A stretch of DNA of 64,000 nt, taken from the NCBI GenBank assembly GCA_023383795.1, contig JAHDYJ010000004.1, positions 22,603 through 86,602 of the forward strand, in the 5' to 3' direction. The translations under genes and the position numbers were made by a program. Under the pieces are notes generated by a model. The model did no database searches, was not told where the DNA came from, and saw only the letters and a list, made by a program, of their open reading frames with translations. Positions 27,858-35,728 of this stretch are shown here, piece by piece. Within the stretch, counting starts at the first letter, position 1; each line of letters starts with the position of its first letter. Origin of the DNA: Burkholderiales bacterium (GTDB lineage: Bacteria; Pseudomonadota; Gammaproteobacteria; Burkholderiales; SG8-39).

Positions 27858-27906
27858 CGTGAATCGTGAATCGTAGCTCGTGAACCGCGGATCGCAAGTC
27901 GTCGAA
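27858..27906. repeat. Degenerate period-7 array (CGTGAAT class), copy C
   Basis: CGTGAAT CGTGAAT CGTAGCT CGTGAAC CGCGGAT CGCAAGT CGTCGAA: seven consecutive heptamers each starting CG(T/C), located in the sat-aprB spacer. Confidence 0.6.
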
Positions 27907-27912
27907 AACCGG

Positions 27913-29130
27913 TCAGCGCGCCGAGTGTCCGGCGAGCTTCACCTCCACCTTCTCGTGCGCCGCCAGCCCGGCGTAGTACTCGCGCAGGATCTCCAGCACC
28001 TCGGGCCGGCTGAACTCGGCCGGCACCGGCGAGCCCTCGGACAGCCACTTGCGCAGCTTCGTGCCCGACACGAGCAGGCGGTCCTCGTCGGCGTGCGGGC
28101 AGGTGCGCGCCGAGGCCATGCCGCCGCAGCGGTAGCACCAGAACGTCCAGTCGATCTTGAGCGGGCGCGTCTCGAGCGATCCGGCCGGGATCTCGTCGAA
28201 GATGCGGTGCGCGTCGAACGGCCCGTAGTAGCTGCCGACGCCGGCGTGGTCGCGCCCGACGATCAGGTGCGAGCAGCCGTAGTTCTGGCGGAAGAGCGCG
28301 TGCAGCAGCGCCTCGCGCGGTCCGGCGTAGCGCATGTCGAGCGGATAGCCCGCCTGCACCACCGTGTTCCTCACGAAATAGCGCTCGATCAGCGCGGCGA
28401 TCGCGCGAGTGCGCACCTCGGCCGGGATGTCGCCGGGCTTCAGCGCGCCGAGCAGCGAATGCACCAGCACGCCGTCGCAGGTCTCGATGGCGACCTTGGC
28501 GAGATATTCGTGCGAACGGTGCATCGGGTTGCGCGTCTGGAAGGCGGCCACCCGCGACCAGCCGAGCGACTCGAACAGCGCGCGCGTCTCGCGCGGCGTC
28601 AAGAACAGCGCGCCGTAGCGCTCCGGGAAGCCGCCGGTCGAGAGCACCTTGACCGGCCCCGCCAGGTTCACCTCGCCCTGCTCCATCACCATCTTGACGC
28701 CGGGGTGCTCGAGGTCCGCCGTCCTGAACACCATCATGCACTCGTGCGCCTTGTCGATGGCGTACTTCTCGGTGACCTGCATGACCGCGAGGATTTCGCC
28801 GTCCCCGCCGTCGGCGAGCGCGATCTCGGCGCCGGTCCGGATCGAGTCCGCCGTGGCGCGGTCGGTGGAGAGCGTGATCGGGATCGGCCAGAAGAGGTCG
28901 CTCGCGAGCTTCATGCCGTCGCACACGCGCTCCCAGTCGCCGTGCGTCATGAATCCGTCGAGCGGCGTGAACCCGCCGATGCCGAGCATGATGAGGTCGC
29001 CCTTCTCGCGCGAGCTGACCGCAATGCGCGGCAGCGTGCGCGCGCGGGCGAGCGCATCGGCGCGCTCGGCGCCCTCGAGCAACAGCGGCTTGAGTGGTCC
29101 CCCACCGTGGGGGTTGACAAGACCTGGCAC
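27913..29130 (-). CDS. sat: Sulfate adenylyltransferase (ATP sulfurylase), dissimilatory type
   Basis: [16 protein letters not shown] and GRDHAGVG motifs. I prefer the GTG at 29130 (AGGAGA 5 nt upstream) over the track start at 29148. Confidence 0.9.
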   Translation of the reverse strand: MPGLVNPHGGGPLKPLLLEGAERADALARARTLPRIAVSSREKGDLIMLGIGGFTPLDGFMTHGDWERVCDGMKLASDLFWPIPITLSTDRATADSIRTGAEIALADGGDGEILAVMQVTEKYAIDKAHECMMVFRTADLEHPGVKMVMEQGEVNLAGPVKVLSTGGFPERYGALFLTPRETRALFESLGWSRVAAFQTRNPMHRSHEYLAKVAIETCDGVLVHSLLGALKPGDIPAEVRTRAIAALIERYFVRNTVVQAGYPLDMRYAGPREALLHALFRQNYGCSHLIVGRDHAGVGSYYGPFDAHRIFDEIPAGSLETRPLKIDWTFWCYRCGGMASARTCPHADEDRLLVSGTKLRKWLSEGSPVPAEFSRPEVLEILREYYAGLAAHEKVEVKLAGHSAR

Positions 29131-29445
29131 GCTTTCTCCTGACGGCACGAGCCGCGCGGCGGCTTCGCCGCGCCGGTCTGCCTGGCGGCGCGCCGATCTC
29201 TTTCCGGGTCTTCTTGGACGTCGCGCGCCGCCGGAGCACCGGCGGACAATGCCTCGTTCGCGCGCGCGGGATCAGCGAGCACCGTATTCTGACGGGGTCG
29301 GCCCGCGGGCAGAAAGTGGTTATTTTGATCCGCTGATAAACCTCCCTGTTTGGGGCCGCGGCGGACGTGCGCGGGCCGCATTTCCGGTCGCGGGACGGCC
29401 GCCTTGGTAGACTTGCGGCATCGGACGGGAATTCTGGGGGCGGCG

Positions 29446-29805
29446 ATGAGCGCGGCGGCAAGAACGCAGGCAGTGGCGGCCGGGACGGGCGGCGGCGGGA
29501 TGGGCAAGCAGGACTTCGCGCCCGACACGCGCTACACGCTCACCTGGCGGGACGAGCGCGGCCGGGAGCGGCCCCTGAACATCTACGTCTACCGGACCTA
29601 CGACGGCTTCATGGTGGCGCGGGAGACCTCGGGCGCGGGGCTCGTGCGCAAGATCGCCTATGCCGACGTCGTGCGTGTCGTGCTCGCGCAGCCGGTCCCG
29701 CCGGCCGCGCGCTACTTCCTGCCGGCCGCCGTGCTCGACGAGAAGAACTGGCGCGACCGGACCACGATGCAGCATTACGCCACCGCGCCGGGGCTCGGCA
29801 AGTAG
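29446..29805 (+). CDS. Small hypothetical protein (alternative start 29500)
   Basis: 119 aa (101 aa from the alternative start). The stop TAG at 29803-29805 is 1 nt before the GTG of the ChrB-like gene. No family recognised. Confidence 0.5.
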   Translation: MSAAARTQAVAAGTGGGGMGKQDFAPDTRYTLTWRDERGRERPLNIYVYRTYDGFMVARETSGAGLVRKIAYADVVRVVLAQPVPPAARYFLPAAVLDEKNWRDRTTMQHYATAPGLGK

Positions 29806-29806
29806 C

Positions 29807-30805
29807 GTGGGCGAGCAGAGCCCGCCCGCAGCGGACGCGCCCACGCGCTGGCTGGCGCTGGTTGCGGCGCTGCCGCGCGACGACGCGGCCGGGCGCATGC
29901 ACGCCCTGCGCACGCTCGAAGGCCTCGGGTGCGCGGTGATGCGCGAGGGCGTCTACCTGCTGCCCGACACGCCCGGCAACCGCGCGAGCTTCCAGCGGCT
30001 CGTCGACCACATCGCGCGGATCAAGGGCGACGCCTGGCTGCTGCCGGTGCAGACGGAGAGCGCCGCGGAGGCGAAGCGCCTGCGCACGATGTTCGATCGC
30101 AGCGGCCGCTACAGCGAGCTCATCAAGACGGTCGAGGGCCTGAAGGCGGGCTTCGGCATCTCCGATCCGACCGCGATCGGGCAGGTCCTCGCCAAGCAGC
30201 GGCGCGAGCTCGAGGCGATCACCTCGCTCGACTTCTTCGTGTCGCCGCTGAAGGAGCGCGCCGAGCGCTTGCTCGCCGAGATGGAGGCGCGCGTCCGCGA
30301 GATGATGTTTCCCGACGACGCCGCGCCGCCCGGCGCGCTGCCGGCGGCGCGCTCGAAGCGGCAGTACTTCCGGCGGGCCTGGGCCACGCGCAAGCCGCTG
30401 TTCGCCGACCGGCTGGCGAGCGCGTGGCTGATCCGGCGCTTCATCGACCCGGAGGCGAGGATGCTGTGGCTGGACAAGCGCGAGCCCTGTCCGGCGACCG
30501 CGGTCGGGTTCGCCTTCGACGGCGCCGAGTTCCGCAACTCGAAGACGCGCGTGACCTACGAGGAGCTTCTCGCGAGCTTCAGGCTCGACCGGCAGGCCAG
30601 CCTCGTCAAGATCGGCCGGCTCGTGCACGCGCTCGACGCCGGCAACAAGCGCATGCCCGAGGCGGCCGGCGTCGAGACGCTGCTCGCCGGTGCGCGCCAC
30701 CGCGCCTCGAACGAGGACGAGCTCCTGCGCGAGAGCGAGCGGACCTTCGACCTGCTCTACGAGGCGTACTACGAAATGCCGAAGAAGGAGGACAGCGGAC
30801 AGTAG
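29807..30805 (+). CDS. ChrB-family (chromate resistance-associated) protein
   Basis: The C-terminal block RAWATRKPLFADRLASAWLIRRFIDPEARMLW matches the conserved ChrB C-domain signature. N-terminal ChrB-N-like region. No chrA transporter gene is in the window. Confidence 0.7.
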   Translation: MGEQSPPAADAPTRWLALVAALPRDDAAGRMHALRTLEGLGCAVMREGVYLLPDTPGNRASFQRLVDHIARIKGDAWLLPVQTESAAEAKRLRTMFDRSGRYSELIKTVEGLKAGFGISDPTAIGQVLAKQRRELEAITSLDFFVSPLKERAERLLAEMEARVREMMFPDDAAPPGALPAARSKRQYFRRAWATRKPLFADRLASAWLIRRFIDPEARMLWLDKREPCPATAVGFAFDGAEFRNSKTRVTYEELLASFRLDRQASLVKIGRLVHALDAGNKRMPEAAGVETLLAGARHRASNEDELLRESERTFDLLYEAYYEMPKKEDSGQ

Positions 30806-30874
30806 TCAGTGGGCAGTAGCCTGCAGTTCACTGTCCACTGCTCCCTGCTCCCTACCCACTGCCCACTGTCCACT
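30806..30874. repeat. Heptamer-repeat element (CAGTGGG/CACTGYC class), copy E
   Basis: CAGTGGGCAGT (30807-30817) pairs perfectly with ACTGCCCACTG (30858-30868). 30829-30874 is a run of 6.5 heptamers: CACTGTC CACTGCT CCCTGCT CCCTACC CACTGCC CACTGTC CACT. It fills the whole convergent spacer. Confidence 0.8.
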
Positions 30875-32360
30875 ATCTCTTGGCGCGCAGCTCCTCGTCG
30901 CGCATCCGGCGCAGCTCGCGCAGCCGCGCGTCCACCGCCGACAGCACGTAGAAGTCCGCGTCGCCGGCGCGCTGGGCGAGCTGGAGCTGCTCGATGGCCG
31001 CCGGCACGCTGCCCTGCAGGAGGTAGACCTCTGCCAGCATGCGGTGCTGCTCGGTGCGCAGGCCGAGCGCCGAGAAGCTGCGCGCCCGCATCTCGTAGGC
31101 CTTCGCGGCGCGCGGATCGAGCCGGGCGACCTCGGCCAGCGCCTCGAGCGCCTCGCGGTGGCGGCCGGCGGCCTGCAGCGCCGAAGCGTAGGCGTAGCCG
31201 ACCCCGAGGTTCTGCGGATAGCGCGCGTACGCGGCCGCGAGCAACGCGACCGCCCCGGCGTCGTCCCCGGCCGCGCTCTTGACGCGCGCCGCGAGCGTCT
31301 CGAGCATCGGGTGCTGCAGGCCCGCGAGCCGCACGCGCTCCACCTCGGCGGCGGCGGACGTGTCCTTTGCGCGCAGCAGCGCCGTGGCGTAGCCGTAGCG
31401 CGCGGCCTGCTCGCTGCTGAAGCGCCGGTCGCGCAGGAGCTCGCGGAAGTGGGTCACCGCTTCCTCCGGCCGGTCGACCTCCGCGCGCAGCTTCGCGCGC
31501 ACCAGGCCGAACTCGATGCTGTCGGCGCGCTGCCGGACGCGCGCCTCCTGCGCACGGTTCTGCATGTCGGCGATGCGCTCGGTCGTGATGGGGTGGCTGC
31601 GCAGGTACCCGGGCGCGTTGTTCTCGTAGAGCCGCGTGGAGCGCTGCAGCCGCTCGAAGAAGTCCGGCGCCCCCTGCGCGTCGTAGCCGGCGCTCTCGAG
31701 CATCTGGAAGCCGACGCGATCGGCCTCGCGCTCGAAGTCCCGGCTGTAGCCGAGCGCGGCCTGCAGCGGCGCCGCCTGCGAGGCGATCGCCGCCGCCTGC
31801 GCCACCTGCGGGCTGGAGCGCGCGGCGAGCAGCGCGAGCGCGAACGCCGCCATGCTGGCGAGCTGCAGCTGGTTCTGCTTGGTGACCATGCGCGCCATGT
31901 GGCGCTGCACGACGTGCGCGATCTCGTGCGCCACCACCGAGGCGAGCTCCGACTCGGTCTGCGCGGTCAGCAGCAGCCCGGTGTGCAGGCCGATGTGCCC
32001 GCCCGGGAGCGCGAAGGCGTTCACCTGCGGATCGCGGATGACGAAGAACTCGAACGACTGCGTCCCGCCCGCGTACCCGCCGGCGAGACGATCGCCGAGC
32101 CGCTGCACGTATGCGGAGACTTCCGGATCGTCCACGTAGGCCGGATCGCGGCGGATGTCGCGCATGATGGCCTCGCCGATCCGGCGCTCCTCGCCGGGCG
32201 AGAGATCGGCCTGCGAGGCGTCCCCGAGGTCGGGCAGATTCTGCGCGGCGGCCGGCGGCGCGTACCCGAGGGGCGCGACGGCGAGCGCGACGGCGAGCAC
32301 GGCCGGCAGCGCACGCCCACAGCGGCGGCGGTCGGCGGCGTAAAGGCGGATGCGGAACAT
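30873..32360 (-). CDS. Periplasmic M48 zinc metalloprotease with C-terminal TPR domain (BepA/YfgC-like)
   Basis: Start at MFRIRLY... with a signal peptide. HEIAHVVQRH (HExxH). C-terminal TPR repeats. Confidence 0.85.
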   Translation of the reverse strand: MFRIRLYAADRRRCGRALPAVLAVALAVAPLGYAPPAAAQNLPDLGDASQADLSPGEERRIGEAIMRDIRRDPAYVDDPEVSAYVQRLGDRLAGGYAGGTQSFEFFVIRDPQVNAFALPGGHIGLHTGLLLTAQTESELASVVAHEIAHVVQRHMARMVTKQNQLQLASMAAFALALLAARSSPQVAQAAAIASQAAPLQAALGYSRDFEREADRVGFQMLESAGYDAQGAPDFFERLQRSTRLYENNAPGYLRSHPITTERIADMQNRAQEARVRQRADSIEFGLVRAKLRAEVDRPEEAVTHFRELLRDRRFSSEQAARYGYATALLRAKDTSAAAEVERVRLAGLQHPMLETLAARVKSAAGDDAGAVALLAAAYARYPQNLGVGYAYASALQAAGRHREALEALAEVARLDPRAAKAYEMRARSFSALGLRTEQHRMLAEVYLLQGSVPAAIEQLQLAQRAGDADFYVLSAVDARLRELRRMRDEELRAKR

Positions 32361-32440
32361 AGGCTTATGATACCCGCGCGGCCGCGAGGTTCCGCACCGG
32401 TCGCACACCGCGCGTGGCCCCGTCGGGCATAATCGCCTGC

Positions 32441-32956
32441 ATGGGGAAGGCGAAGGCGACCTCGGGTCCGGTGAAGGCACCGCTCAGCCATTTCGACGCG
32501 CACGGCCAGGCGCACATGGTCGACGTCGGCGACAAGGCCGAGACGCAGCGGGTCGCCCGCGCGCGTGGCGCAATCCTCATGCGCCCCGAGACCTTCGCGC
32601 TGGTCCGCTCGGGAAGCGCACAGAAGGGTGACGTGCTCGGGGTCGCGCGGGTCGCGGCGATCCAGGCCGCGAAGCGCACGGCGGATCTGATCCCGCTGTG
32701 CCATCCGCTCGCGCTGACCCGCGTCGCCGCGGAGTTCGAGCTGGACGAGGACCGCGCGGCCGTGGTGCTGACGGTGACAGTCGAGACGCGCGGCCGGACC
32801 GGCGTCGAGATGGAAGCGCTGACCGCGGTGAGCGTCGGACTGCTGACCGTATACGACATGTGCAAGGCCGTGGACCGCGGCATGCGCATCGAGGCGATCC
32901 GGCTGCTCGAGAAGTCCGGCGGCCGATCGGGCCACTTCGTCGCGGCCGCGCCCTGA
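32441..32956 (+). CDS. moaC: Cyclic pyranopterin monophosphate synthase MoaC
   Basis: [61 protein letters not shown]. An alternative ATG lies at 32414. Confidence 0.9.
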   Translation: MGKAKATSGPVKAPLSHFDAHGQAHMVDVGDKAETQRVARARGAILMRPETFALVRSGSAQKGDVLGVARVAAIQAAKRTADLIPLCHPLALTRVAAEFELDEDRAAVVLTVTVETRGRTGVEMEALTAVSVGLLTVYDMCKAVDRGMRIEAIRLLEKSGGRSGHFVAAAP

Positions 32957-33196
32957 GTCCGCCTGCGCGTCCCGGAGCTTATTAGGGCATCTTATGGTTC
33001 CCCTCGGAATTTCGTTGCGCGGTTTCCTTGCCTGGACCGGGGTTTTGTGATTACCCTCTTCGGCCGTACCCGGTACGACTCATACAGTTACTGGAAAAGC
33101 GCGGGCGAGCGCGTCGCACCGGTGCATCGGAATCGCAAATCGCGTCTCGTTCGCGCTTTCGAGGTCTCAACCGCTGGCAGGAGGACTGGAGAAGCC

Positions 33197-33664
33197 ATGG
33201 ATCAAACTCGTAGAGGCGTGCTGAAGGGGGCCGGCACGGCCGGAGCGCTCGTCGCCGCGTTCGCGACCGGCGCGCTGCGCCCGGCCGACGTTTTCGCGGC
33301 CTGGAACAAGAGCGCGTTCGACGCGAAGTCGACCGCCGACGCGCTGAAGGCGATGAACATCACCTCGGCCGCGGACAGCGCCGACATCGTGATCCGCGCG
33401 CCCGACATCGCCGAGAACGGCGCGGTCGTGCCGATCGACATCACCAGCAAGATCCCCGGCACGCAGAGCATCTCGCTCTTCGTCGAGAAGAACCCGTTCC
33501 CGTACGTCGGGACGTTCAACGTCGCGCCGGGCGCGGAGCCGTACGTGCACGTGCGGGTCAAGATCGGCGAATCGTCGAACGTGCGGGCGGTGGTGGCGGC
33601 CGCGGGCAAGCACTACCAGACGGTCAAGGAAGTGAAGGTCACCATCGGCGGCTGCGGCGGCTGA
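33197..33664 (+). CDS. soxY: Sulfur carrier protein SoxY
   Basis: Tat leader TRRGVLKGAG. C-terminal GGCGG swinging-arm motif. GGAGGA upstream. Confidence 0.9.
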   Translation: MDQTRRGVLKGAGTAGALVAAFATGALRPADVFAAWNKSAFDAKSTADALKAMNITSAADSADIVIRAPDIAENGAVVPIDITSKIPGTQSISLFVEKNPFPYVGTFNVAPGAEPYVHVRVKIGESSNVRAVVAAAGKHYQTVKEVKVTIGGCGG

Positions 33665-33701
33665 CCGGGATCGCGACCACAGGGCAACGGAGGAGCGAAA
33701 G

Positions 33702-34016
33702 ATGGGCGACCCGATGAAGATCCGGGCGAGGCTGCAGGGCGACGTCGCCGACGTGCGCGTGCTGATGGCCCACCCGATGGAGACCGGCCAGCGCAAGGAC
33801 CCGTCCGGGAAGGTGATCCCAGCGCATTTCATCAAGGAGATCCGCGCCGAGCTGAACGGCAAGCCGGTGTTCGAGGCGCAGATCAGCCAGGCCGTGTCGC
33901 GCAATCCGGTGTTCGCGTTCAGGGTGAAGGGCGCGAAGGCGGGCGACAAGCTGCGCATCACCTGGGAAGACAACACCGGCGACAAGCGCACCGACGAGAT
34001 CACCGTGGGCGGCTGA
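33702..34016 (+). CDS. soxZ: SoxZ
   Basis: 104 aa. MKIRARL..GDVADVRVLMAHPMETGQRKD...HFI is typical of SoxZ. Directly follows soxY. Confidence 0.9.
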   Translation: MGDPMKIRARLQGDVADVRVLMAHPMETGQRKDPSGKVIPAHFIKEIRAELNGKPVFEAQISQAVSRNPVFAFRVKGAKAGDKLRITWEDNTGDKRTDEITVGG

Positions 34017-34055
34017 GCGCCGCCCGCGTATTCTCCCGGCAAGAAGAAGCGAAGC

Positions 34056-34078
34056 GCGCCCGGGGTCGCCCCGGGCGC
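34056..34078 (+). other. Intra-operon GC hairpin between soxZ and soxA
   Basis: GCGCCCGGGG-tcg-CCCCGGGCGC, a perfect 10-bp stem with no U-tract, located in a 139-nt spacer. Confidence 0.4.
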
Positions 34079-34155
34079 CGCGAGACAGGCGCAGGACGGG
34101 CGGCAGCGCCGTTGCTCCGGTCGCCCCGACCGCGCCTCAACCTTAGGAGGAGCTG

Positions 34156-34977
34156 ATGAGACACGCACTCGTGCTGTGCGCCGCCGCGGGGCTGGCTGCA
34201 GGGCTCGCCGGCCAGCCGGCCGTCGCCCAGTCCGACGACCGGACGGCCGCCGAGTTCGACAAGTTCCGCGAGGTGCTGGAGGAGGCGAATCCGGCCGAGC
34301 TCTGGGAGTTGAAAGGCGAGGAGCTCTGGAAGACGCGGCGCGGCCCGAAGAACGCCTCGCTCGAGCAGTGCGACCTCGGTCTCGGCCCGGGCGTGGTGAA
34401 GGGCGCCTACGTGCAGATGCCGCGCTACTTCGCCGACACCGGCAAGGTCATGGACGCCGAGCAGCGGATCGTGCACTGCATGATCACGCTGCAGGGGTTC
34501 AAGTACGAGGAGCTCGCGAAGGCGCCCTTCAGCCGCGGCAACTACACCCCCGACCCGGTCTCGATCGTCACCTACGTTGCAGCGCAATCGCGCGAGATGA
34601 AGATCGCGGTGCCGCAGAGCCATCCGAAGGAGCGCGAGACCTACGAGATCGGCAAGCAGATCTTCTACTACCGCGCCGGGCCGTGGGATTTCTCCTGCGC
34701 GAGCTGCCACGGCGAGGACGGCCTGCGGATCCGCACGCAGAACCTGCCGAACTTCACCAAGCCGGGCGCGCAGGCCGCGCGCAGCTTCATCGGCTGGCCG
34801 GGCTACCGGATGACCGGCGGGGTGATGCACAGCCTGCAGTGGCGCATGAACGACTGCTTCCGCCAGCAGCGCTTTCCTGAGCCGGGCTACGCCTCCGACA
34901 CCATCGCCGCGCTGCTCACCTACATGGGCGTGAACTCGAACGGCGAGCTGTACCGCGGGCCGGGGATCAAGCGCTGA
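34156..34977 (+). CDS. soxA: SoxA, cytochrome c subunit of SoxAX (single-haem type)
   Basis: Signal peptide. One CASCH motif. Conserved GWPGYRM...LQWRMNDCF block. Confidence 0.9.
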   Translation: MRHALVLCAAAGLAAGLAGQPAVAQSDDRTAAEFDKFREVLEEANPAELWELKGEELWKTRRGPKNASLEQCDLGLGPGVVKGAYVQMPRYFADTGKVMDAEQRIVHCMITLQGFKYEELAKAPFSRGNYTPDPVSIVTYVAAQSREMKIAVPQSHPKERETYEIGKQIFYYRAGPWDFSCASCHGEDGLRIRTQNLPNFTKPGAQAARSFIGWPGYRMTGGVMHSLQWRMNDCFRQQRFPEPGYASDTIAALLTYMGVNSNGELYRGPGIKR

Positions 34978-34999
34978 CCGACGACGAGGGGGAGAACCG

Positions 35000-35608
35000 A
35001 TGAGAAAGGCAATCGTTTTCGCGGGCGTCGCGGCGGTGGCGGCGGGATGCGCGGGCATGGGAGGCGAGATGGCCTACCGCGAGCAGGCCGTCGGGATCAT
35101 GAAGCGCGACTTCCACGCGCGCGGCATGGCGACGGTGGACCGCCTGAACCAGGACGAGCTGCAGCGCGTCTGCACCCAGTACAACAACAAGCCCCCGGCG
35201 GACGTCGAGAAGCGCCTCGAGGCCGCCCAGCTGGCGGCGATCAAGGCCCCTGCCGACGGCAAGTACATGGGCGACTGGAAGCGCGGCCAGCGCATCGCCT
35301 CCAGCGGCCGCGGCATGACCTGGAGCGACAAGCCCGGCGCGGCCGGCGGCAGCTGCTACAACTGCCACCAGCTCTCGCCGCAGCAGCCGTCGTTCGGCAC
35401 CATCGGTCCGAGCCTGCGCGGGTTCGGCAAGACGCGCGGCTACACCGCCGAGATGCAGAAGTACGCGTACGAGCGGATCTACAACTCGAAGGCGTTCTCG
35501 CTCTGCTCGACGATGCCGCGGTTCGGCCATTCCGGCACGCTGAACGAGCAGCAGATCAAGGACGTGGTCGCCTACCTGATGGATCCGGCGTCCCCGGTCA
35601 ACCGGTAG
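35000..35608 (+). CDS. soxX: SoxX, monohaem cytochrome c subunit of SoxAX
   Basis: CYNCH haem motif. The context GGSCYNCHQL...FGTIGPSL and MPRFG is typical of SoxX. Confidence 0.85.
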   Translation: MRKAIVFAGVAAVAAGCAGMGGEMAYREQAVGIMKRDFHARGMATVDRLNQDELQRVCTQYNNKPPADVEKRLEAAQLAAIKAPADGKYMGDWKRGQRIASSGRGMTWSDKPGAAGGSCYNCHQLSPQQPSFGTIGPSLRGFGKTRGYTAEMQKYAYERIYNSKAFSLCSTMPRFGHSGTLNEQQIKDVVAYLMDPASPVNR

Positions 35609-35627
35609 CCGCGACCGGCGGGCACAC

Positions 35628-35664
35628 GGGGGGCTTGGGCGACCAGGCCCCCTTTTTCTTCTTT
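35628..35664 (+). terminator. Intrinsic terminator between soxX and soxB
   Basis: 10-bp stem (GGGGGCUUGG / CCAGGCCCCC with one G.U), GCGA tetraloop, then TTTTTCTTCTTT. Confidence 0.7.
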
Positions 35665-35728
35665 GCGGCCGGCCGCGGCGCGCCCCCGGCACTCGCTTCC
35701 CACTCCTCACGCCTCACTCGATCGACCG

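Noticed and set aside
29124-29141. TGGCACGCTTTCTCC on the plus strand, resembling a sigma54 -24 box
   Set aside because: There is no TTGC-like -12 element at the right spacing. It lies over the sat start codon/SD on the opposite strand, with no plus-strand gene downstream for about 300 nt.
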